Of a DNA stretch of 64,000 bases, positions 8,552-17,917 are shown piece after piece (within the stretch, counting starts at the first letter, position 1; each line of letters starts with the position of its first letter). A program made the position numbers and the translations under genes. The notes under the pieces are model-generated. The model was given only the letters and a program-made list of their open reading frames with translations, searched no databases and had not been told where the DNA came from. The DNA comes from Acidimicrobiales bacterium (lineage in GTDB: Bacteria; Actinomycetota; Acidimicrobiia; Acidimicrobiales; SZUA-35), in NCBI GenBank assembly GCA_024638815.1, contig JAHEJM010000007.1:12961-76960 (forward strand), written 5' to 3'.

Positions 8552-9942
8552 GCACCCACGGTCCCCCGGCCTGCCTCCCGCGAACGCCCCACCATGTCGT
8601 ATGTCAGCGACGGTTCCACCGCCAACGCCATACCGACCGCCGGGCTCGTGGGCTGAGGTCTGAAGTCGGCGGTTGCCGTTTCGGTGGTCGGATTGACGAG
8701 CCGCGGATCGTCGGACGTGACACGATCGCTGTCGGAATGGTCTCCGTTGTCGGCGCCGACGATGAGGTTGCCGCCGGACGTGACGTTGTAGGCGTCGAAC
8801 ACCCTCAGTCCCGGCGCATCGGGCCGAGGCCAGACCAGGTTGTTCACGAAGCGAACACCGTCGGCATGGCCGGCCGCCAGTTCGACCGGCCCGCCGTCGA
8901 GTTCCGCCGTCCGCCCGTTGTGGTAGGTGGTGTTGTGAACCACATCGACATTGCTGGACTTGAACACCATGATGGCCCGGCCCCCGTTGTCGAAGATGAC
9001 GTTGTTGGCCACGAGAACTCGCCCCGGATAGCCGGTCTGTCTCGTTTCATCGATGATGATGCCGTTGCCGTCGGTGATGACCTCGAAGTTGCGCCACCGT
9101 GACCGAACCCGGTTCTCGTTTCGATAGATGCGGTTTCCGATTATCCGGTCGTGATAGCCGTCGACGTCGGGACCCTGGTCGTGAGCCACCGAACGCCACA
9201 GGGAGATCCCGCTGCCCTGCACCGTGCTCCAGAACGAGTTCTCGAAGATCTCGTTGTTCATGATGGTCAGCTTCGTACTCTCGACCGATGACACGCCGCT
9301 GACCGGCATGGATGAGATCTCGTTGTCAACGATCCGTACATCGTGGGATCCCCGGACCAGGATTCCGGCGCCCCAGGGGTCGGCGCCCTCGTCGAAGCCT
9401 CCGCCACGAATGGTGAGCCCCTCGATCTCGACGTAGTCGGCCTGGATCTCCAGGCCATTTCCCTGGGAGGCGACGATCACCGGTGTATGGCCGGGGACGT
9501 TGGCCACTCGGACCCAGGCATCGGGCCGGCCGCCGGCGGCCACGAGATAGTGATGGTCGCCGGGCGCAGCCGCCTCGGTGTAGGTGCCGTCCATGACGTG
9601 AACCGTCTCACCCGGCTGCACTCGATTCAATGCATCTTGCAGCGAGCGGACCGGCGTTTGCAGACTCAACCCGTCGTGGTCGGCGGATCCCAGCGTAGAG
9701 CTCACGAAGATGCCGTCGGGCAGAGCCGCCTCGGACGACGCCATGGCCTCCCGGGCTCGAAGCAGCGAGGTGGGAGGCAATACCCGCAGCAGTTCGCGGT
9801 CCGAGGCCATCACATCGATGGTCTGTGTCGGCCCGACGGCGGGATCGGGATTTGCCAGGGCGAAAGCCATGACCAGCACCACGGCTGCCGCCACGGTGAG
9901 GACGACCTTGACGGCCCGGCTTGTGGTGAGGAATGTGACCAC
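8536..9942 (-). CDS. secreted/anchored right-handed parallel beta-helix repeat protein (possible polysaccharide lyase, hydrolase or epimerase)
   Basis: There is an N-terminal hydrophobic signal/anchor (VKVVLTVAAAVVLVMAFALA). Repeated short G..i......v.i.nN.i segments (IVDNEIS, IMNNEIF, IGNRIY, VANNVIF, VVHNTTY, FVNNLVW) are typical of PbH1 repeats. Confidence 0.6.
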   Translation of the reverse strand: MVTFLTTSRAVKVVLTVAAAVVLVMAFALANPDPAVGPTQTIDVMASDRELLRVLPPTSLLRAREAMASSEAALPDGIFVSSTLGSADHDGLSLQTPVRSLQDALNRVQPGETVHVMDGTYTEAAAPGDHHYLVAAGGRPDAWVRVANVPGHTPVIVASQGNGLEIQADYVEIEGLTIRGGGFDEGADPWGAGILVRGSHDVRIVDNEISSMPVSGVSSVESTKLTIMNNEIFENSFWSTVQGSGISLWRSVAHDQGPDVDGYHDRIIGNRIYRNENRVRSRWRNFEVITDGNGIIIDETRQTGYPGRVLVANNVIFDNGGRAIMVFKSSNVDVVHNTTYHNGRTAELDGGPVELAAGHADGVRFVNNLVWPRPDAPGLRVFDAYNVTSGGNLIVGADNGDHSDSDRVTSDDPRLVNPTTETATADFRPQPTSPAVGMALAVEPSLTYDMVGRSREAGRGTVGAYEGG

Positions 9943-10011
9943 GCAACAATCGGTGGGTCGAAGGGGCTAGGCGCGTTCGGCGCCTACGGACTATACGGAG
10001 GATACTGCCCT

Positions 10012-11382
10012 TCAGCCCTGGAACGTGCCGATCCCGGTTTCGCCCGACTCCGGATCACCGACGTCCTCCCGCATCGCCCAGTACCAGACCAGCAGGCAGA
10101 GGAAAACGAGCAACGCCATCTCACTGACGAACGTCGTGGCAACGGCGGTGCGCCAGCCGCCGTTTGGCAGGAAGATCAGATTGAGAATCAGGTTGAGCAA
10201 GGCGGTGGCCAGCGTGGCGCTGAATCGTGACCATTGACGATCGGAGGCGCTCAAGGTGTTACCCACCATGTACTGCATCGAGCGTAAGGCGGGCAGGAAC
10301 GACAGCAGCCGGATGACATCAGGCGCATCCTGCCATTTCTGGCCCAGAATCCAGGGAACAACAGGGGCGACCAACCAGAAGACAACGGCGGCCCCGAAAC
10401 CAAGCAGCATGCCGGAGGGGGCGAGCCGAAGGGAGACGCGCAGGGCAGAGCGTACACCGTACTTCCCGGCGGCGTAGAGCTCCGAGTCGTGAGCCCGAAG
10501 CAGCATCCGGATGGGCACGTAGGCGAACTGGATGGCCCGTCCACCCAGGGTGTAGAGACCGGCATCATAATTGTGGTCGAATCGCAGGAGAAGGAATCGG
10601 TCGGCGGCGTCGACCAGGTTTTCCGACGCCCCGTTGACCGAGAACGGCAGACCGGGCCGGACGTCGGCTGCGGCATCTCGGCGGAAACCGGGTAGCACGC
10701 CGTACAGCCGCTGGATGATGACCAGGCCCAGCAGCCCGGCGGCCCCGAAACTGATCAGGTTCGCCCACGCCCAGTTCACCAGCTCGGCGCCGCCGAACAC
10801 CGCAAACCAGGCCAGCGCCGCCACTCGCGACAGGAACGTGGCGAATCGAAGCACGGCGGCGTTTCGGAGATGGCCCAGACCGATGGGCAGGTAGACAGCG
10901 AGTTCACTCAGCCAGAAGGCCATCACCCCGCCGGCGACGAGAAGGGTGTACACAGTCCAGTCGACCTGGGGAAGCAGCACCGGATGGAGCGAGATCAACA
11001 CCAGAACCGCCAGGCTGGGCCCGATGGTTCCTAGGGTGATTGCCCGCTGCCAGGCCCAGCGGAGGTCCTCGCCCCGGGCCGCCCGCCGCAGCAGCAGGAT
11101 ATGGCTGCCCATGTTCGACAGATTCAGCGCCGGTACCGCTGCCGCCGTGACACCACCCATGATTCCGTAGTCGGTCGTATCCAGCAGGCCGGGGAGGACA
11201 AGGAAGGCAACAACCGAACTCAACAGCTGGAGTAGCTCGACCACGGCCGCCCATCGTGTGCGACGACCCAGCAGATCGGCCGCCATCTTTGCCAGTCGTC
11301 CGTTCGACTGCTCATCCGAGGCGCCGTCGGTCCCCCCCGGCAGCCCGGTCGGCTCGGAGGTCGAGGCCAGGTCGTCGCTCAT
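10012..11382 (-). CDS. MOP-superfamily polysaccharide flippase (Wzx-like)
   Basis: A 456-aa polytopic membrane protein with roughly 12 hydrophobic segments. It sits in a glycan operon and is translationally coupled (4-nt overlap) to the upstream glycosyltransferase. Confidence 0.65.
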   Translation of the reverse strand: MSDDLASTSEPTGLPGGTDGASDEQSNGRLAKMAADLLGRRTRWAAVVELLQLLSSVVAFLVLPGLLDTTDYGIMGGVTAAAVPALNLSNMGSHILLLRRAARGEDLRWAWQRAITLGTIGPSLAVLVLISLHPVLLPQVDWTVYTLLVAGGVMAFWLSELAVYLPIGLGHLRNAAVLRFATFLSRVAALAWFAVFGGAELVNWAWANLISFGAAGLLGLVIIQRLYGVLPGFRRDAAADVRPGLPFSVNGASENLVDAADRFLLLRFDHNYDAGLYTLGGRAIQFAYVPIRMLLRAHDSELYAAGKYGVRSALRVSLRLAPSGMLLGFGAAVVFWLVAPVVPWILGQKWQDAPDVIRLLSFLPALRSMQYMVGNTLSASDRQWSRFSATLATALLNLILNLIFLPNGGWRTAVATTFVSEMALLVFLCLLVWYWAMREDVGDPESGETGIGTFQG

Positions 11383-12548
11383 CGACGCGCCCGCAGGGCC
11401 AGCGCCGACTCCATGCCGTCGGCGAAGTTGCTGACCATGGCATCCAACGTGTAGAACTCGGCCGCACGGCGACAGCCGGCCCGGAGTTCGGACAGTCGTT
11501 TCTCATCGCCCAGGAGATCGACCACCTCGTCGGCGTAGCGTTCAGCATCGATATTGGATGGGAGCGTCAGCGAGTTGTCGTCGGTCAGATAGCCGACCTC
11601 ATGGCTGTGATACGCGAGATCGGCGATCACCAGCGGAGTCTGTGTGGCGAAGGAATCAATGACATGAAGCCCGACCAGGCCAGGGTGGATGGTCACGTCG
11701 GCCAGGCGGCCCAGCGCTGCCTTGTCCGCTCCGAAGCGGGGACCGAGCACGTGGAGCCAAGGCCGCGATTCGGCACCGTCCCGAAGCACCACGTCATCGT
11801 CCCCGGCGCCGAGCACCAGGAAGTGGAAATTTTCGACCCGACCGGCCACTTCGTCGAGGATGTCCAGCAGGAAGGGAACGCGCTTCCACCGGTCGAGAGC
11901 GGAGACGATCCAACCCACGGTGGCGCCGGAGGCGGTCAACTCGGCCACCAGCTCCACGATCTCGGGTGACATCGGATCCGACGGTTCGTCGATGTCGGAG
12001 GTGTCGAGCGAGTTCTGGACCACGGTGATCCGCTCCGGTCGAACCCCGATCGACTGGAAGACCTGGCGCGATCGTTCGGTATAGGCGAAGACCCAGTCGG
12101 CCCACTTGGTGACGGTGGACTTGATCCGCTCCGCCGGACCGTTCACCTCCAGGGGATTGAAGTTGTGGCCATGACCCCAGAGCGCCACCAGCGGGCCTCC
12201 CAACCGGGAGACCACGAACATGGCATAGTTCAGCACCAGTCCCGTCTCCTGCTGCAGCACCACCAGATCGGCCTCCCGAAGCCGGCCGAGGACAGGCTGG
12301 AGGGTCAGTTCCAAACCCCGCATGGTCCATATCCGGTTCGGGACGAACTCGGCCCAATCGATCACCCTGCTGTCCTTCCGGCCCCGGCGACTGGCCGGCG
12401 GGTCGCCATGAACAAGGCGCATCTCGATGCCTCGGTGATCGAGTTCGTGGCGCAGCCGACGATAGAACTCCTGGCGGTATTGGGGGACCCATTCCATGGC
12501 GAAGATCACGGTCGGACGCCCGACCTGACGCCGGCCCTCGTCGTTCAT
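11379..12548 (-). CDS. GT-B fold glycosyltransferase (GT4-like)
   Basis: Length is 389 aa. The C-terminal half has the pattern FLVLGAGDDD...LGRLADVTIHPGLVGLHVIDSFATQTPLV typical of group-1 glycosyltransferases. It overlaps both neighbours by 4 nt. Confidence 0.65.
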   Translation of the reverse strand: MNDEGRRQVGRPTVIFAMEWVPQYRQEFYRRLRHELDHRGIEMRLVHGDPPASRRGRKDSRVIDWAEFVPNRIWTMRGLELTLQPVLGRLREADLVVLQQETGLVLNYAMFVVSRLGGPLVALWGHGHNFNPLEVNGPAERIKSTVTKWADWVFAYTERSRQVFQSIGVRPERITVVQNSLDTSDIDEPSDPMSPEIVELVAELTASGATVGWIVSALDRWKRVPFLLDILDEVAGRVENFHFLVLGAGDDDVVLRDGAESRPWLHVLGPRFGADKAALGRLADVTIHPGLVGLHVIDSFATQTPLVIADLAYHSHEVGYLTDDNSLTLPSNIDAERYADEVVDLLGDEKRLSELRAGCRRAAEFYTLDAMVSNFADGMESALALRARR

Positions 12549-13600
12549 GACCCCGCGGACAACGGGCGGCTACCGGCAATGAAGGCGAAGTGGCGACCGA
12601 GGCCATCGTCCGTCGACACCGCCGGCCGCCAGCCGATCGACTTGAGCTTCTGGTTGCTGAAGCGATTGCCGCCCCAAGTAGCCCGGAAGTAGTGAGGGTC
12701 GATCACCTCCGGGAGCTGCCCCTTGGAGTAGTCGTGATACCACGACACGGCCCGAGCCAGTCCTCGGCCCAGAGGCTTCGGGATTTTGAGCACCTTCAGT
12801 GGCTCGGCCTCCCGCCGGTATCGCCGAACGAAGTCATTGGCCGTGACCAGATCGTCATCGAGAATGTTGTATGTTTCGCCCGCAGTGCTCGGGTGCTCAC
12901 CGACCAGGACGATGGCATCGGCACAGTTGTCGATGTAGGCCAGGGGTAGCGTATTGTCTCCCCCGAAGGCAACGAGAAGGGAGCCCTGCTTGATCCCCAC
13001 CCGCCGCGACACCGCTCCCCCACCCGGCCCGTAGACGACACCGGGCCGGACCACGACAAGATCAATGCCCAAGTCGCCGCAGGCATCACGAACCAGCTTC
13101 TCCTGGCGAAGCTTGGCCAGCGCGTAGTCGTCGGCCCGGGCCGGATCGGACTCGATCGGAGTCGACTCGTCGACCACGGCGCCGGCGTCGAGGTCGGCGA
13201 CACCGTAGACGGCGAACGAGCTGCAATGAACGAATCGACCAAGGCCGGACGAGGGCGTGTCGCCGTTCGAACCACGCGAACCTGAACGACGCCTCACAGC
13301 CTGCAGCAGGTTGTCGGTGGCGACGACGGTGGCAATCCAGACGTCGGCCATTGCTCCTCCACCCATGCCGGCAGCGAAGTGGTAGACGGTGTCAACACCG
13401 GTCACGGCGCGATCGCAGTCATCGGAGCGGTTCAAGGTTCCTCGAAGCACCGAGACCCGACCGCCGTCGATCAGATCATCGATTCGGCTCGTCGACGAGC
13501 CAGGCCGAACCAGGGCCCGTATGGGCCGATCGGTCCGCTCGCTCAGACGGCGGGTGACGGCGGAGCCGACGAACCCATTGGCGCCGGTGACGAGAATCAT
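12545..13600 (-). CDS. NAD-dependent epimerase/dehydratase (extended SDR)
   Basis: The Rossmann motif MILVTGANGFVGSAV and the catalytic YxxxK (YALAK) are present. Length is 351 aa. Confidence 0.8.
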   Translation of the reverse strand: MILVTGANGFVGSAVTRRLSERTDRPIRALVRPGSSTSRIDDLIDGGRVSVLRGTLNRSDDCDRAVTGVDTVYHFAAGMGGGAMADVWIATVVATDNLLQAVRRRSGSRGSNGDTPSSGLGRFVHCSSFAVYGVADLDAGAVVDESTPIESDPARADDYALAKLRQEKLVRDACGDLGIDLVVVRPGVVYGPGGGAVSRRVGIKQGSLLVAFGGDNTLPLAYIDNCADAIVLVGEHPSTAGETYNILDDDLVTANDFVRRYRREAEPLKVLKIPKPLGRGLARAVSWYHDYSKGQLPEVIDPHYFRATWGGNRFSNQKLKSIGWRPAVSTDDGLGRHFAFIAGSRPLSAGS

Positions 13601-14724
13601 GGTTCGGTCCTTTGCACCGCAGCCCGAGCGGGAGCCCCCTTGGCGAGGGAATCCGAGATCTGACGCCAGATGTCGTCCTGGACGCGACTCATACGTAGGA
13701 GCTCGTGCAACGGGATCGGAGGTTCGGTGCCGTCGAGAACGGATTGGTGGAACTCATCGATGAGGCGGCGAAGCCCGGTGAAATGGTGGAACTCCGAGCG
13801 ACCGAACTGCAGCACGTTCCGACCCAACTGTCGGGCTGCCCCCGCCATCTTCACCCCTACCGGAATGAGCCGACCCAGGGCCGTCGGCACCGATACGTCA
13901 GGGCTGATCTCGACGAAGCGATGGGTGATGTCGGCCGTGGCCGTGCCCCTGGTGCCATAGACCTTGACCCACTGCACGACCGGCTTCACCGCCGAGGTGA
14001 AGGTGGCGTACGCCGTGATACCGCTCGGGTCTTCGAGATAGAGCCGGAGTTCGTCCGGCATGTGGTCACGGCGATCGCCGTAGCCCCGTGGGCTTCGGCG
14101 GAAGGCGCGAGCTTCGACGGTCACGTCGGGCGAGGGCAGGAACTCGAGGACCTTGTTGAGCAGGTGGTCGATGTTGTTGTGGAACAACTTGCCAGGCAGA
14201 TCGTGCACCCAGTTGTCAGGACTGGACATGATGGCCTTGCCGTACGTCCCGGCCAGGCTGTAGCCATACCAACTTTCGACGTGGACGATGTCGCCGAGGC
14301 GCCCCGCGGTCACCAGTTCCCGAAGGTCGATGGCCACCGAGTCAAGCCAGTAGGAATGGCCGACGGTCAGCAGCCGCCCGGTTTCCTCGGCCACCGAGAT
14401 CAGATGTCGTGTCTGCTCCTCATCGAGAGCCAATGGCTTCTCCACCAGCACATGGCAGCCGGCCCTCATGGACTGGACCGCGAGCTCGACGTGGGCCTGA
14501 GGCGGCGTGGTTATGTGGACGACATCGGGCCGGCTTTCAGCCAACATGGCCGCCATGTCGTCATAGTGATTGGGGATGGCGAAACGGACGGCAAGCTGCT
14601 CGGCCATCAGGCTCGAGCGATCACAGCAGGCGATCAGCCGGGCCCGTTCGGAGAACCGAACGGCTTCGGCATGATCGTCGGCCACCTTTCCGCAGCCGAC
14701 GATGGCGATCCTCAACGGCTTCAT
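13597..14724 (-). CDS. Gfo/Idh/MocA-family NAD(P)-dependent sugar(-nucleotide) oxidoreductase
   Basis: MKPLRIAIVGCGKVADDHAEA ... HVLVEKPLAL (EKP motif). I place the start at the ATG at 14724, which is preceded by GGGAG. The track ORF extends to 14763. Confidence 0.8.
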   Translation of the reverse strand: MKPLRIAIVGCGKVADDHAEAVRFSERARLIACCDRSSLMAEQLAVRFAIPNHYDDMAAMLAESRPDVVHITTPPQAHVELAVQSMRAGCHVLVEKPLALDEEQTRHLISVAEETGRLLTVGHSYWLDSVAIDLRELVTAGRLGDIVHVESWYGYSLAGTYGKAIMSSPDNWVHDLPGKLFHNNIDHLLNKVLEFLPSPDVTVEARAFRRSPRGYGDRRDHMPDELRLYLEDPSGITAYATFTSAVKPVVQWVKVYGTRGTATADITHRFVEISPDVSVPTALGRLIPVGVKMAGAARQLGRNVLQFGRSEFHHFTGLRRLIDEFHQSVLDGTEPPIPLHELLRMSRVQDDIWRQISDSLAKGAPARAAVQRTEP

Positions 14725-15058
14725 ATCGCTCCCGGTCCTTTCGCCCAACCCGACCACAACCAATCTAATGGCAATCCCGAGGTCGATCGCCCCGGCCTAA
14801 TTCACCGGGGGGCGGTGGTGATCAAGTCGCCGAAGCATCTCCGCCGCCACACGTCGGACAACCCTACAGGGTAGTCCATGCTGGTTGCGCCTCTTTCCGG
14901 TCCCCGGTCGCCGCCCGGCCGTCGGGGCCCGATCGGATCGCCGAGAATCGTTGTTGCCCGATGGCGGCAGCCGCATGGCGAATGACCGGTGAGCAGATCT
15001 TCCTAGTCCGGCGACGTTGCCCCGGTCAAGCCAACCGTCATGCTAGAAAGGTTGCCAA

Positions 15059-16756
15059 GTGGAGCGGGAACCGGGAGATCACACACCGTTGGCTGGACAC
15101 ACAAGGGTACGCAGGCTTCCACCTTCTTCGACAATCCAACAGCTGTTGGATCTGTTTGTCGTTTCGCTGGGCTGGCTCCTCGCGCTTGTGGTCGCCAACA
15201 TCACCATCCAGGATGTCCGTTCCGACCAGCGCTCTGTGGCCCTGGCCGTGATCGCCACGGTGATGACCCTGGCAATCATGCAGCGACGGGGTTTGTACGA
15301 GGGTCGGCCCACGCTGCCCCGCACCGAGGAGATCTCACGGGTCTTCGTCGCCGTCGTGGGAGGAGCCGCCAGCATCGCTGTGGCCGCCGCTTTTCTTGAC
15401 TGGCACATCGGGGCCTGGGAGATCGTCACCGGGGGGATCGGTGTTTTCGCCGCTCGGACCCTGATCCGGGGAGTGGTACGGGCGCTGGGCACCGAACTGC
15501 CCAGAACGAACCGGCCGACCAGGGTCGTCGTGGTGGGTACCGGTCACGAAGCGAAGGAACTGGTTCAACTCATCGATGACCATCCCGAAGCACGATTCGA
15601 GCTGGCCGGAGTGGTCGGCAACCTCGGTGTGGCCGAACGCAGCGGTCTGGCCGACCACTGGATCGGGCCCACCGGCCGGTTGATCGAGCTGATGCACCAG
15701 CATCAGGTCCACGGCGCGGTTGTCACCTCGACCGGGTTCCGGGGCGAGCAGTTCCGCAACATCACCCGGGAGCTGTTCGGCTCAGGCTACGACGTCCACC
15801 TCACCACCGGGGTGAGCCGGATGTGGGAGGGCCGCTTCGATGTCCGATCCCTGTCCCATGAACCACTGATCATCGTGGGTAAGAATCCCACCCGCCGCTG
15901 GCAGCTATGGGCCAAACGGGTCATGGACCTTGTCGGAGCCACTATCGCCCTTATCCTGGCGTCGCCCCTCATGGCCCTCACCGCACTGGCCATATTGCTG
16001 GAGGACAAGGGTCCGGTGACCTACAGTTCTCGCCGCGCCGGGCGCAGCGGTGACTATTTCGCCATGCACAAGTTTCGGTCCATGGTCACCAACGCCGATG
16101 AACTCAAGGCCGAGATAACCCAGCAGAACGAACGGACCGGACCCCTGTTCAAGGTCTCCAACGATCCCCGTATCACCAGGGTGGGCAGACTTATCCGGGA
16201 GACATCGATAGACGAACTCCCCCAGCTGTTCAATGTGATCAAGGGCGACATGAGCCTGGTCGGACCCAGGCCCGCCCTACCGGAAGAGGAGGCGGTCTTC
16301 GACGAGGAACTGCGGGAGCGGTCCAAGGTTCGGCCCGGTATCACCGGACTGTGGCAGGTCGAGGCCCGCTCCAACGCAGCGTTCAATGCCTACCGCCGTC
16401 TCGATCTGCACTATGTCGAGAACTGGAATCTGGGCCTCGATCTACGCATCCTGCTGGCTACGGCCGAGCAGATCATCGTGACCATCGCCCTGATGCCGAT
16501 GCGACTGATCCGACGGCGGGCCGCCGATCGTACCGACGGCATCGTCGGTTCACCGGCGACCAACGACGACCTGTCGACCACGACCGATTCCGTCGATGCC
16601 GGCCTCGGGTCGCTCGACGATGTCGTCATCGATCTCCGGCGCCGCAACCGTGAGCGCATGGCCCTCCTGGCCTCGGTCCAGGAGCAGGCGGGGGCGGGCG
16701 GCGATCAGCCGACCCCCGATACCCCGCGTCGCGACACCGCCCCCCAGAACCAGTAG
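15059..16756 (+). CDS. large polyprenyl-phosphate phosphoglycosyl transferase (WbaP/exopolysaccharide PGT type: N-terminal TM block + CoA-binding-like domain + Bac_transf domain)
   Basis: The C-terminal domain has KRVMDLVGATIALILASPLMAL...FAMHKFRSM...DELPQLFNVIKGDMSLVGPRP...PGITGLWQV. VVVVGTGHEAKELV is a Rossmann-like segment. The start codon is GTG. Confidence 0.85.
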   Translation: MEREPGDHTPLAGHTRVRRLPPSSTIQQLLDLFVVSLGWLLALVVANITIQDVRSDQRSVALAVIATVMTLAIMQRRGLYEGRPTLPRTEEISRVFVAVVGGAASIAVAAAFLDWHIGAWEIVTGGIGVFAARTLIRGVVRALGTELPRTNRPTRVVVVGTGHEAKELVQLIDDHPEARFELAGVVGNLGVAERSGLADHWIGPTGRLIELMHQHQVHGAVVTSTGFRGEQFRNITRELFGSGYDVHLTTGVSRMWEGRFDVRSLSHEPLIIVGKNPTRRWQLWAKRVMDLVGATIALILASPLMALTALAILLEDKGPVTYSSRRAGRSGDYFAMHKFRSMVTNADELKAEITQQNERTGPLFKVSNDPRITRVGRLIRETSIDELPQLFNVIKGDMSLVGPRPALPEEEAVFDEELRERSKVRPGITGLWQVEARSNAAFNAYRRLDLHYVENWNLGLDLRILLATAEQIIVTIALMPMRLIRRRAADRTDGIVGSPATNDDLSTTTDSVDAGLGSLDDVVIDLRRRNRERMALLASVQEQAGAGGDQPTPDTPRRDTAPQNQ

Positions 16757-16757
16757 G

Positions 16758-16784
16758 GGCCCGACCGGACAACCGGTCGTGGCC
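16758..16784 (+). terminator. GC-rich hairpin immediately after the PGT stop codon (candidate intrinsic terminator in a convergent gap)
   Basis: GGCC-CGACCGG-acaa-CCGGTCG-(t)-GGCC gives 11 bp with one bulge. A second CGACCGG copy at 16784-16790 offers an alternative pairing. There is no U-tract. Confidence 0.4.
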
Positions 16785-16869
16785 GACCGGTGTTCCAGGG
16801 CACACGTGCTCGGATGCCATGCTCGGTTGTCGGGCCGGCGCGAAAACCGGTTGGCGGTGATGGCCTGGG

Positions 16870-17703
16870 CTACCAGATCTTCCAGGGAGCCTCGTTCTCG
16901 GCCCACAGGCGATTGAGAGCGGAGTACTCCCGAAACGTGTCCATACCCATCCAGAAGTCGGTGTGGGGGAACAAGCCGAGCTTGCCCTTATGGGTGACAT
17001 TCTGAATGGGAGCCTGCTCGAAGAAGTGGTCCGGCTCATCGTCGGGAACGAAGTTGAGGAACTCCCGACGGAAGGCGAAGAAGCCTCCCGATACCCAACC
17101 CTCGGCCGGTGGCTTCTCGGCAAAACTGTTGACCATACAGTCGTCGTCGACAAGCAGCTCGCCGTAGCGGGATGTGGGGTGCACGCCGGTCACGGTGCCG
17201 GTCAGGTCCGATTCGTGCAATGTGGCCAGTTGACGCGACACGTCGACGTTGCCCAGGCCGTCGCCGTAGGTGAGCATGAAGTACTCGTGATCGATCAGCG
17301 ACTTCACCGCCGCCAGCCGACCTCCGGTGCCGGCGTCGATTCCGGTGTCGATGAGGGCCACTTCCCAGTCGTCCAGTGACTCCCGCTCCAGGTACTCGGT
17401 GGCACCACCGCCCACGTTGACGCGAATGTCGGACATCATCTCCTCATACCGCATGAAGTAGTGCTTGATGTCCCACGCCTTGTAGCCCAGACACAGAATG
17501 AAACGCCGGAAACCGTGGGCGCCGTACAGCTTCATGATGTGCCAGAGAATCGGTTGCGGGCCGATGTTGATCATCGGTTTCGGCAGTTTTTCCGACGCCT
17601 CGCGAATCCGTGTTCCCTGGCCACCACAAAGGATGACGACGGGGACGTCGGTCGGATTGGGGTACACGCCGTCTTGCCCTACTCCATCAGAATGCTGCTG
17701 CAT
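16870..17703 (-). CDS. rfbF: glucose-1-phosphate cytidylyltransferase
   Basis: VVILCGGQGTRIREASEKLPKPMINIGPQPILWHIMKLYGAHGFRRFILCLGYKAWDIKHYF is near-canonical RfbF. Length is 277 aa. Confidence 0.9.
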   Translation of the reverse strand: MQQHSDGVGQDGVYPNPTDVPVVILCGGQGTRIREASEKLPKPMINIGPQPILWHIMKLYGAHGFRRFILCLGYKAWDIKHYFMRYEEMMSDIRVNVGGGATEYLERESLDDWEVALIDTGIDAGTGGRLAAVKSLIDHEYFMLTYGDGLGNVDVSRQLATLHESDLTGTVTGVHPTSRYGELLVDDDCMVNSFAEKPPAEGWVSGGFFAFRREFLNFVPDDEPDHFFEQAPIQNVTHKGKLGLFPHTDFWMGMDTFREYSALNRLWAENEAPWKIW

Positions 17704-17869
17704 CGAGATGCTCCCTTACGCCCCTTGTCCACGTCTACCTACAGCCGTTACTTTCATCCTTCGGACCCGCCGGGGCGATCAAGGGCGGGCTCAGGCCGGT
17801 AGACAGCCTACAACGGTCCAGAATCCCTTGGTTGCCCGATCATTCAACAATGCGGCAAGGTTCAGGAAC

Positions 17870-17888
17870 GTTCGGCCGCAGGCCGAAC
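17870..17888 (-). terminator. perfect 8-bp GC-rich hairpin 30 nt downstream of the Wzz-like gene stop (candidate terminator or processing site before rfbF)
   Basis: GTTCGGCC-gca-GGCCGAAC read directly from the sequence. Confidence 0.4.
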
Positions 17889-17917
17889 TCCCGGCGGCGG
17901 GCGCCGTTCCGCCGCAC

